Shown here one piece after another: positions 21,940-29,349 of a stretch of 64,000 bases of DNA. The DNA is from Cellvibrionaceae bacterium. Its GTDB lineage: Bacteria; Pseudomonadota; Gammaproteobacteria; Pseudomonadales; Cellvibrionaceae. The position numbers were made by a program, and so were the translations under genes. The notes under the pieces are model-generated. The model had not been told where the DNA came from, made no database searches, and worked only from the letters and a program-made list of their open reading frames with translations. Numbering within the stretch: position 1 is the stretch's first letter; each line of letters starts with the position of its first letter. The stretch spans positions 67,401 to 131,400 of the forward strand of contig JANQJP010000030.1 in NCBI GenBank assembly GCA_028281575.1, given 5' to 3'.

Positions 21940-22629
21940 CTATCCACAACTAATGACTCCTTGGCCAGGTTTTCTCGCAACTTCAGAATATGTTTGAATT
22001 CCAGAAACATTTTCACTTCGCAGCAGGGACAATAATTCTTCGTTAAAATAAACTATGTTTCTTTGTCCCCAAATTCGCCACAGCGGTATCTTCGCCAATT
22101 CATTTTTCAAAAAATCATTATTTTGAATTGCTGACAACATCTTTCTTTCCTTCGGACTTACATCGTAAGATTTTCTAGGAGCAAAAAAATTCTCATCGTA
22201 ATGGTCAAAGCTTAAGAATTTCCTAACGTTTAGGCGGAAGTACTGTTGCTCATTCAATACAGCACCTTTTTTATCTGTAAAGTCGCTCTCTACAAACTGA
22301 TGTTCAAAGCTATCAAGTTCCAGAATTATTTTTTTAACTTTCGACGAAACAGCAACAAACGAACCTGAAGTTCGCACATCAGGAAGATCCACCCCTTTCT
22401 TAAGGCTTATCATCGTATCGATTGAAGCCCATTTTTCATCAACGCAAGGCGCACGATAGACTTTCACATTATAATTTGAAAGGTCGGAATCTAATTCATC
22501 AAAACACCACTCAAACTCTTGAGGCGGAACATCATGACCCGCCATAACTCTAGGAGACCGCCCCACAGATTTGTGGAATTTAATTTTTGTGCCGCCATAA
22601 ACCGTTAAAAATCTATAAAATGTCGCCAT
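21940..22629 (-). CDS. Hypothetical protein (possible immunity-protein-like).
   Basis: 229-aa ORF in the AT-rich island with no known catalytic motif. Confidence 0.3.
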   Translation of the reverse strand: MATFYRFLTVYGGTKIKFHKSVGRSPRVMAGHDVPPQEFEWCFDELDSDLSNYNVKVYRAPCVDEKWASIDTMISLKKGVDLPDVRTSGSFVAVSSKVKKIILELDSFEHQFVESDFTDKKGAVLNEQQYFRLNVRKFLSFDHYDENFFAPRKSYDVSPKERKMLSAIQNNDFLKNELAKIPLWRIWGQRNIVYFNEELLSLLRSENVSGIQTYSEVARKPGQGVISCG

Positions 22630-22636
22630 AATGTAT

Positions 22637-22972
22637 TTATTCGTTGTTATGAGATAAACGTAGGAACGCAGGATAATTATTTGATGCCGTAATATTTTTT
22701 ACAGTAAATTTCGAACCATAATTTGTTGTAATATTCTCATTGTCTTTTAATGCAGCTCCACTACAAACGATATACGCAGCCGTATTAAAAGCGTGTTCCG
22801 AAATTTTCGCTGGTGTTAAATCACACGAAGAAACTTCAATCTCAAACCCCAAAAACGGCGCAATACCCTTTGTTACAACACCAACCTTTGAGTTATTTTC
22901 AGGCTGAAAAAAGTGAATACTGGCCCAATAAGTAACAGGCAGTTGAAACGCTGCGGTTGGGTCGTTATTCAA
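22637..22972 (-). CDS. Hypothetical protein.
   Basis: 111-aa ORF co-oriented with its neighbours. Confidence 0.25.
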   Translation of the reverse strand: MNNDPTAAFQLPVTYWASIHFFQPENNSKVGVVTKGIAPFLGFEIEVSSCDLTPAKISEHAFNTAAYIVCSGAALKDNENITTNYGSKFTVKNITASNNYPAFLRLSHNNE

Positions 22973-23324
22973 TAGGAACTAAGCTATTTCCCGAGTTGAC
23001 CTCAGATAAATCAAACGAATAAACTACCGCTCCAATCTGTACGGAATATTGAATATACCCACCTTCTCCTAAGGCACTGGACATATCACTAATTGTTTGA
23101 GATCTTGAAAAATTTATATCAGTCTCGATTGAACTTAACAGTGATTCATCAAAAACTCCACCATTATCAGCTATTAGTTGCTCAAGTGGATGAAAGTAAA
23201 TTGACTTAGTCCAATGGTAAGTAAGCTCTACATCAGGATGAAAAGGGCTAAACTCTCCAAAAGCTTCAATCTCATATTCCTCTCCAGCTCTAACAGTAAA
23301 GTCATTTGGTAGCTCAACAGACAC
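22965..23324 (-). CDS. Hypothetical protein.
   Basis: 119-aa ORF overlapping the start of the downstream ORF by 8 nt, suggesting an operon. Confidence 0.25.
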   Translation of the reverse strand: MSVELPNDFTVRAGEEYEIEAFGEFSPFHPDVELTYHWTKSIYFHPLEQLIADNGGVFDESLLSSIETDINFSRSQTISDMSSALGEGGYIQYSVQIGAVVYSFDLSEVNSGNSLVPIE

Positions 23325-23384
23325 CGAAATGCTTTCAGATCTTGCAATTTACTCTGACACCCACTGTACCACTTGCCCGCCCTT

Positions 23385-23470
23385 TCACCCCAGATTTTGA
23401 GGCTTCTAACATGGGTGTCTAGGTAAGCATCTACGAAGGCTTTGTACCATTAGATACCCACACGAATGCC
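23385..23470 (+). mobile_element. IS3-family transposase fragment (third remnant).
   Basis: gaggcttctaacatgggtgtct matches the remnant at 14190 in 20 of 21 nt, and is followed by a stop-interrupted transposase-like segment. Confidence 0.5.
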
Positions 23471-23822
23471 TTCCACCAGGCACGCTTTCTGGCGATAACC
23501 TTAGTACTACTTACAGCGTATAAAGAGTTAAAAACTGTTGGATGCTATGGAAACACTGAATTAAAAATGTCAATTTAGATAGAAAATGACACAAATTACA
23601 CGAGCGGAATACGTCCGCCTAAATCAGGGCTCCAGTTACTTGCGCCTGAACCAGGAGGAGCAAAAATCGCCATAGATCTGATCGCAGCAACGGTAGCTCT
23701 TGCGGCAAGAATTCCAACTATCGAAGTAGCCCTTAGAGCGCCACCAAGAGAAACAAAGTTCCCTTTATTGATTTATATAGACAACCTCTCCATACGCATC
23801 CACTAACTATCACACTTGGCTA

Positions 23823-23913
23823 AACTTCTCAAAAATCTAAAATATTGAGAAGATAGCTGTTAAACTTCTCAAATTTCGCTATTATTGAGAATTAAAGACC
23901 AAAACTTCTCAAA
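23823..23913 (+). promoter_or_regulatory. Repeated operator-like sites upstream of fic.
   Basis: Three direct copies of aacttctcaaa, two of them within cttctcaa-N12-ttgagaag palindromes, lie within 110 bp of the fic start. Confidence 0.45.
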
Positions 23914-23932
23914 AAACCGGGTATTTTGAAGC

Positions 23933-24991
23933 ATGAGCAGCGTCAAATTGAATAAATTACCACCAACTCAAGAACTGGAAACACCAGCTATTCTGAGAGC
24001 ACTGGTTGACGCACATAGGCACTTGGCTGAACTCAAAGGTGTCGCCAAAACTATCCCGAACGAAGGCATTTTAATATCGACGCTTTCACTTCAGGAAGCT
24101 CAAAGCAGCTCTGAAATTGAAAATATTATCACCACTCAAGATGCGCTTTATAAACAAGAGCTGCAGACGAGCGTATCTGATCCCGTGGCGAAAGAAGTTG
24201 CCTATTACGCTGCCGCATTACGATCAGGCTTCGACAAAGTGAAGCAACAAGACGCGCTTACTTTAAATACCATCATGGAAGTTCAGCAAACGCTTGAAGG
24301 AAACAGAGCAGGCTTCAGAAAAATACCCGGCACTGTGCTTAAAAATGACCGAACAGGCGAAGTTGTATTTGAACCTCCTTCACCCGAGTTAGTGCCTCAA
24401 TATATGTCAGACCTCGAGTCGTTTATTAACGCGGAGCAAAACCTCGACCCGTTAGTTTGCATGGCACTTATACATCATCAGTTTGAAACTATTCATCCTT
24501 TTTACGATGGCAATGGTCGCTCTGGCCGTATCGTTAATATCCTTTACTTACTGCTGAAAGGTCTCTTAGACACACCGATCCTATATTTGAGCCGGTACAT
24601 CAACCAAACCAAAGATGAGTACTACACAGAACTTCAAAACGTTCGTGACACAAATGAGTGGGAAGCTTGGCTTCTCTATATGCTTAGAGGTGTGAGCTCA
24701 ACAGCGATACACACCATCGATCTAGTTCAAAAGATCCAGAAGCTGTTACTCGAAATAAAGCAAGAAATCCGTGACAAACACAAATTTTACAGCCAAGACC
24801 TCATAAATAATTTATTTCGCCACCCATACACTAAAGTCGCTTTTCTAGAAAAAGACCTTGGCGTATCTCGTGCAACAGCCACTCGATACTTAGATGCTCT
24901 CTCAGATGATGGAACTCTCCAAAAGCATAAGCTCGGTAGAGAAAGCTTCTATATGAATCAAAGGCTCATCGGTGTGCTGTTTAATATGTAA
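23933..24991 (+). CDS. Fic/DOC family protein (class II, with internal inhibitory motif).
   Basis: Canonical HPFYDGNGRSGR (HPFx[D/E]GNGR). N-terminal SSEIEN matches the SxxxE[G/N] inhibitory helix. C-terminal winged-helix region. Confidence 0.85.
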   Translation: MSSVKLNKLPPTQELETPAILRALVDAHRHLAELKGVAKTIPNEGILISTLSLQEAQSSSEIENIITTQDALYKQELQTSVSDPVAKEVAYYAAALRSGFDKVKQQDALTLNTIMEVQQTLEGNRAGFRKIPGTVLKNDRTGEVVFEPPSPELVPQYMSDLESFINAEQNLDPLVCMALIHHQFETIHPFYDGNGRSGRIVNILYLLLKGLLDTPILYLSRYINQTKDEYYTELQNVRDTNEWEAWLLYMLRGVSSTAIHTIDLVQKIQKLLLEIKQEIRDKHKFYSQDLINNLFRHPYTKVAFLEKDLGVSRATATRYLDALSDDGTLQKHKLGRESFYMNQRLIGVLFNM

Positions 24992-25287
24992 GCACAAGAC
25001 TCCCAACAGGTATTTGAGATGCACGGATCTTTGAGCCTAACGGTACCTAATATAAGCCTCTCATAAGAAATCGCTTGACTTTAATACCTCGACTCATACA
25101 ATCCGCGCAAACTTAATTTGAGGTTGTAATGACTTTACTACGTTCGAAGCACGGCAGTTTTTATATCTGGACGCCCGGGATGATATGTAATCCACAGGAG
25201 GATCTCGCACGTCCACACGTTGCCTGCTAGACGAAGATTCTGGTAGGCAATACGCCTTCCAGCTTTAGTTTAAGTATTCAAACAATA

Positions 25288-25329
25288 AACCCGGAAGGCG
25301 AAATACGCTTTTCGGGTTTTTTTTCGCCT
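25288..25329 (+). terminator. Rho-independent terminator-like hairpin.
   Basis: aaacccg...cgggttt stem followed by a T8 run. Confidence 0.5.
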
Positions 25330-25354
25330 GAAGGAAATGAAAATTTAAAAATAT

Positions 25355-25429
25355 GGGCCGTTAGTTCAACGGTTAGAACCCTGGCCTCATAAGCCAGTTA
25401 CGAGAGTTCGACTCTCTCACGGCCCACCA
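25355..25429 (+). tRNA. tRNA-Met or Ile2 (anticodon CAT).
   Basis: Acceptor gggccgt/acggccc, anticodon arm ctggc-ctcataa-gccag, T-loop gttcgac, encoded CCA. Confidence 0.75.
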
Positions 25430-25789
25430 AATTTAGGAAATCAACAGGAAAAAGAGATTTATTTTAATTGAGGCTTAGAACATTTTTTTATAGATGAATA
25501 GTGTGATTTAACCGGTAGGGAAATTTTGAATTTTAATCAATTTTTCTCCGATGTCCCCTTCCCGAAATTTTGCCATATGCTGCAATAGGGAATTGCTCAC
25601 CCTAAAGAAAAATAACGCTATATAATATTCGGGAATACACCCAAAAAATCACCAAAAATTAAATTTGAAAAGAAAAAAAACAGCGCGTATCGTTTAAAAC
25701 AGATTCGCAACACGAACAAAAAACAGTAAGTAAAAAATTATGAAATTTAACTATCAGCAACATAGCAAGCATTTTTATTTATTGGGCTG

Positions 25790-25950
25790 GCCCACACCAT
25801 CCATAGATACAAATGTACTCCGTAGTGGGCTAGAACGTCCCTGCGTAACTTTTGGTGATAGCAAACTAATGTAAGCAGCTTTCGATAACGGAAGGCTGTG
25901 CCTTCCGGTGAATTAGAGAAACCCCGGTTGGCAACAATCGGGGTTTTTTT
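25790..25950 (+). ncRNA. Candidate small RNA with intrinsic terminator.
   Basis: Several stable hairpins (gcccac/gtgggc, ggaagg/ccttcc) end in ccccg-N-cgggg plus T7. No ORF. Confidence 0.3.
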
Positions 25951-26289
25951 ATGCCCACGGATGGGCGGTATAACGCAAGAGCCATGGATGGCGTTAGCGT
26001 ACGTTTTAGGAAGAACGAATTCGCGAAAGCTGGATGCTAAGTAGCGGAATTTTATGGAGTAGTACTCGCACGGATTGCGATTTTTGTTTCTAGCAATCGG
26101 AATTGCTAAACGCGCAATGGATGTGCGGAAACAATTTTATTTAGGTGTGATACCCACCGACACGGTATCGGTTTTTTAACAATGTGGTCGCTTTTTTTGG
26201 CAGGTAGCTGCTTTCCCCTTTTAATAAGGGCAAAGCCCTCGGCGTCTAACTGATTAGACATAGGTGCCTTTCCTATTCTGCCAACCAAT

Positions 26290-26364
26290 GTCCCTATGGT
26301 CTAGTGGTGAGGACTCCTGACTTTCTATCAGGCAGCGCCGGTTCGAGTCCGGCTAGGGATACCA
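26290..26364 (+). tRNA. tRNA-Glu (TTC).
   Basis: Anticodon arm cctga-ctttcta-tcagg, T-arm gccggttcgagtccggc, CCA. Confidence 0.7.
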
Positions 26365-26371
26365 AATTTTT

Positions 26372-26596
26372 GGGCATGCAGGCGAGAATGGAGAACCACT
26401 ACCAAAAACGATTAGGTTAAGGGTAGCCGGGTAAAACCGGAGGTTACTGAAATAAGCTATTACGCATGGTTGAGGATGCAGGCTCGATGCTCTACGGCGG
26501 GTGTCAGCTGGCGCGCGTTTTCCAAGTAATTAGCTTGGCTGAGAGTAATGCCTCAGTTGTTTCCTTTCGCGGGTTCGAATCCCGCCATGTCCACCA
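26372..26596 (+). ncRNA. Interrupted tRNA-like gene: canonical T-arm/acceptor/CCA with the cognate 5' acceptor strand 215 nt upstream.
   Basis: 3' end is gcgggttcgaatcccgc-catgtcc-a-cca. The only complementary 5' strand is gggcatg at 26372 (one G-U pair). About 150 nt of extra structured sequence lies between them. Confidence 0.4.
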
Positions 26597-26602
26597 ATTG
26601 TT

Positions 26603-26677
26603 ACGTCGATAGCTTAATGGAAAAGCGTTGGTCTCCAAAACCAGAAGATGTGGGTTCAAATCCTACTCGGTGTGCCA
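26603..26677 (+). tRNA. tRNA-Trp (CCA).
   Basis: Anticodon loop ctccaaa, T-arm gtgggttcaaatcctac, acceptor with two G-U pairs, CCA. Confidence 0.65.
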
Positions 26678-26728
26678 AATAAAAGCGGGATAGTGAAGCA
26701 GAAAGGAGGGGCTCCCGCAACCAAATTT

Positions 26729-26804
26729 GTAGAGATAGCTCAAATGGCGAGAGCGCCTGATTGAAGCCCAGGAGATCCCGGTTCAATTCCGGTTCTCTAC
26801 ACCA
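26729..26804 (+). tRNA. tRNA-Phe (GAA).
   Basis: Acceptor gtagaga/tctctac, anticodon loop ttgaagc (A31·C39 mismatch), CCA. Confidence 0.6.
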
Positions 26805-26810
26805 ATTTAC

Positions 26811-26886
26811 TGCTACATAGCTTAACTGGTAAAGCGCCCGGCTGTTAACCGGGAGGATGCAGGTTCGAAGCCAGCTGTAGCAGCCA
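26811..26886 (+). tRNA. tRNA-Asn (GTT).
   Basis: Anticodon arm cccgg-ctgttaa-ccggg, CCA. Confidence 0.7.
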
Positions 26887-26891
26887 AATTA

Positions 26892-26975
26892 GGGGAAGTA
26901 CCCAAGTGGCAAAGGGATCGCACTGTAAATGCGAAATATGTTGAGACGTAGGTTCGAGTCCTACCTTCCCCACCA
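26892..26975 (+). tRNA. tRNA-Tyr (GTA), class II.
   Basis: 84 nt. Anticodon arm tcgca-ctgtaaa-tgcga, long variable arm, T-arm gtaggttcgagtcctac, CCA. Confidence 0.75.
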
Positions 26976-26982
26976 AAAACCA

Positions 26983-27073
26983 GGAAGTGTGGCCGAGCGG
27001 TGAAGGCACCGGTTTGCTAAACCGGCAAGTGACGAAAGTTGCTTCAAGAGTTCGAATCTCTTCGCTTCCGCCA
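26983..27073 (+). tRNA. tRNA-Ser (GCT), class II.
   Basis: 91 nt. ggaagtgtggccgagcgg... is Ser-like. Anticodon arm ccggt-ttgctaa-accgg, CCA. Confidence 0.8.
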
Positions 27074-27085
27074 ATTTGATTACTT

Positions 27086-27175
27086 GGAAGGTGCGGTCCA
27101 TTGGCGGACAACCGGTCTTGAAAACCGGCGAGTTGTAGAGATACGGCTGGGGTTCAACTCCTCCACCTTCTTCCA
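27086..27175 (+). tRNA. tRNA-Ser (TGA), class II, with non-canonical D- and T-stems.
   Basis: Anticodon arm ccggt-cttgaaa-accgg is identical to E. coli Ser-TGA. Discriminator U, CCA. Confidence 0.55.
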
Positions 27176-27188
27176 ACTTTTTAATAAT

Positions 27189-27265
27189 GTGCCGGTGGTG
27201 GAACTGGAATACACAACAGGTTTAAGCCCTGTTCGCTGAGGGTTCGAGTCCCTCTCGGCACACCA
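27189..27265 (+). tRNA. tRNA-Leu-like (TAA) with short variable arm.
   Basis: Anticodon arm acagg-tttaagc-cctgt. 77 nt with a 5-nt variable loop, A73, CCA. Confidence 0.5.
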
Positions 27266-27270
27266 ATAAT

Positions 27271-27347
27271 GGCCAGCTGATGGAATTGGCATACATGCGT
27301 GCCTTAGAAGCACGATTTTCCGAGTTCGAATCTCGGGCTGGCTACCA
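27271..27347 (+). tRNA. tRNA-Leu-like (TAG) with short variable arm.
   Basis: Leu-type D-arm (tggaattggcatacatgcg), anticodon arm cgtgc-cttagaa-gcacg, 77 nt, A73, CCA. Confidence 0.5.
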
Positions 27348-27353
27348 ATTTAA

Positions 27354-27430
27354 GCAGGTGTGGCGCAATAGGCAGACGCGCTGGATTCAAATCCCAGATG
27401 TTGTGAGTTCGACTCTCACCACCTGCACCA
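27354..27430 (+). tRNA. tRNA-Leu-like (CAA) with short variable arm.
   Basis: D-arm gtggcgcaataggcagacgcg is nearly identical to the bacterial Leu D-arm. Anticodon loop ttcaaat, variable loop only 5 nt, A73, CCA. Confidence 0.55.
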
Positions 27431-27435
27431 AAACT

Positions 27436-27634
27436 CGTGGAGTAGTTTAATCGTTTGCAGTTTTTTGCTCCTGCAAAAACTGCATTTCCACCATCCTTGG
27501 TGGTCAATGCGATTTTCATAAAATTGGTGTTGGTGGTTCACAAATTTTTCAGGAAAAAATTTGGGCGTCTGTATAGACGGTTGCGAAGCAACTGACTACA
27601 TGGATGTAGTCATCAACCCCACCCTCCACGACCA
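27436..27634 (+). tRNA. tRNA(CAT)-like gene carrying a D-region insertion and a T-arm insertion (199 nt).
   Basis: Acceptor cgtggag/ctccacg + A + CCA. Anticodon arm cgatt-ttcataa-aattg. T-stem ggtgg/ccacc and T-loop ttcacaa are followed by a ~75-nt insert. A ~70-nt insert lies between the acceptor and the anticodon arm. Confidence 0.45.
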
Positions 27635-27643
27635 ATTAAAAAT

Positions 27644-27718
27644 AGCAGTGTGGTGTAACTGGCAACACACGTGACTTTGACTCACGTATTTCAGGTTCGA
27701 ATCCTGGCGCTGCTGCCA
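27644..27718 (+). tRNA. tRNA-Gln (TTG).
   Basis: Anticodon arm cgtga-ctttgac-tcacg, G73, CCA. Confidence 0.7.
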
Positions 27719-27730
27719 AATAAAAACTAT

Positions 27731-27881
27731 GCACGAGTGGCAGAGAGGGTATGCGCGGGATTGCAAACCCCGTATTACGCCGGTTAGACAAAATTGTAGG
27801 AACAATTTTGGGATGCGCTTTGCACAGGTTGCGAAGCAACTTAACACACGGATGTGTTAACCAATCCGGCCTCGTGCTCCA
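27731..27881 (+). tRNA. tRNA-Cys (GCA) with an ~80-nt insertion after the T-loop (151 nt).
   Basis: Acceptor gcacgag/ctcgtgc + U73 (Cys identity) + CCA. Anticodon loop ttgcaaa. T-stem gccgg/ccggc is split by the structured insert. Confidence 0.55.
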
Positions 27882-27886
27882 ATTTC

Positions 27887-27962
27887 GGGGGCCCATGTAC
27901 CAAGGGGGCGACGATGCTTTGCAAGCATTGTGTGGTCGGTTCGATTCCGACGGTCTCCACCA
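27887..27962 (+). tRNA. tRNA-Ala (TGC).
   Basis: G3·U70 identity pair is present. Anticodon loop tttgcaa, T-arm gtcggttcgattccgac, A73, CCA. The D-arm is non-canonical. Confidence 0.6.
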
Positions 27963-28419
27963 GAACTAAACCTTTTAGGTTTATTGGGTATGGCCAAGAT
28001 AGCACGGTGTAAATCGTGTAAAGGGGGGACGCCTGCGTAACTCCGCCAGAGCAATCTGGTCAATCCATGCAAGCCGAGCCTGCAGAGGCTTCATCACAAG
28101 ATGGAGATATCAGCAATGATGTAGAGCGTCTGAATGAGTTTAAGCACCTTTGAGTAAAAAACTTGGAGGAAATGCAAGCTCATAAATCAGCAAGTGGTGT
28201 TGGATCACGCTCAAACCAATACATTTACCTGAGACAGGCAAAGGGTAGCGCAAAGGTGCGATCCGCAAGAGAGTGCATTTGTGCAGTTGATAAGTGTCGG
28301 AAGAAAAACCGTCGCTTTGAAAACCGTTAAGTAAGCGGTAGCTGAAAGACATGTGGCGAGTGGCATTTTGTCGATCAAAAGTCGATAAAACCACAGGACG
28401 TGCTCGCTGCAGCAGGTTG

Positions 28420-28492
28420 TTGAAATTAGCTCAACTGGTAGAGCAATTGACTCGTAATCAATAGGCTGCTGGTTCAATCCCAGCATTTCAAA
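28420..28492 (+). tRNA. tRNA-Thr (CGT).
   Basis: Acceptor ttgaaat/atttcaa (all A/T), D-arm tagctcaactggtagagc, anticodon arm attga-ctcgtaa-tcaat. No encoded CCA. Confidence 0.65.
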
Positions 28493-28846
28493 CCCAAACA
28501 GAAAAATGCAAAGACACGTCCGGTGTTTTGTGAAAATGGCTTAATGCCTTGCTACGCAAGTAGAACAAGGCTGATTAACCGGCCGCAAGCTGGAAGATCA
28601 TCTGTCACAACGTGCACGTTGGTCGCAAACCTTTAGAGCTCGCAAGGCTCGCGGTAACGAAAGGGCAGAAAAACAAAACACGACAAGTGAATCGCCACAC
28701 TTTTAAAAAAAGGCAGCCATGTCGAATTACATCCTTGTCCCCTGCGGGAAATGATGTGGATACGAAATTAACTTGTGGTCGCAAGCCACAAGGTAAGGTT
28801 TCAAAAGGTTCGACGCAAACGCTGTAGTCTCAAGCGTTTAATTTTC

Positions 28847-28925
28847 GGTTCGTTAGCTTAGCCTGATTTAAAGCACTCGGTAGTCAGCCGAGGGATCACG
28901 GGTTTAAATCCCGTACGAACCGCCA
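28847..28925 (+). tRNA. tRNA-Asp (GTC).
   Basis: Acceptor ggttcgt/acgaacc, anticodon arm ctcgg-tagtcag-ccgag (A33 is unusual), G73, CCA. Confidence 0.6.
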
Positions 28926-28926
28926 A

Positions 28927-29000
28927 GCGGCATTGACCGAATGGCGAGGTACCTGCCTTCCAAGCAGAGGAACAGGGTTCGATTCCCTGATGCCGCTCCA
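28927..29000 (+). tRNA. tRNA-Gly (TCC).
   Basis: Acceptor gcggcat/atgccgc, anticodon loop cttccaa, U73, CCA. Confidence 0.7.
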
Positions 29001-29031
29001 ATTTATTTTTCATCTATTAAAAATTTTCTTT

Positions 29032-29109
29032 CCGGGTTTAGCTCAGTTTGCGAAGAGCGCTTGCTTTGGGAGCAAGAGGCCCTAGGTTCGAATCCTAGTA
29101 CCCGGACCA
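29032..29109 (+). tRNA. tRNA-Pro (TGG).
   Basis: D-arm tagctcagtt..., anticodon arm cttgc-tttggga-gcaag, A73, CCA. Confidence 0.7.
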
Positions 29110-29116
29110 AATTAAT

Positions 29117-29330
29117 GGACGTGTAGCTCAATGCCCTCGGGTGCAACTGGGTGGCAAATTTTTGCTCCTGCAAAGTTTTCATTTCCGCCATCCATGGCGG
29201 TCAGCACCTGTTTTACACACAGGATACGGTGGTTCACAACTTTGCAGGAGTAAGAGTTGGACGCCCAAACGGGCGGTCGCGAAGCGATTATTTACAGGGA
29301 TGTAAATAACAATTCCATTCACGTCTACCA
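29117..29330 (+). tRNA. tRNA-Val(TAC)-like gene with D-region and T-arm insertions (214 nt).
   Basis: Acceptor ggacgtg/cacgtct + A + CCA. Anticodon arm cctgt-tttacac-acagg. T-loop ttcacaa is followed by a ~75-nt insert. A D-region insert shares ttttgctcctgcaaa and a covarying hairpin with the gene at 27436. Confidence 0.45.
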
Positions 29331-29349
29331 CTTCAAATTTTAAAAAAAT

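Noticed and set aside
21675-22016. 113-aa ORF overlapping the 3' end of 21940..22629.
   Set aside because: It overlaps the larger ORF by ~75 nt in another frame. It is low complexity with no RBS, so probably spurious.
27887-27962. Possible tmRNA: tRNA-Ala-like with G3·U70 and a non-canonical D-arm.
   Set aside because: The element is only 76 nt and has a normal anticodon arm (TGC). There is no mRNA-like tag region or pseudoknots, so it is called a tRNA-Ala variant.
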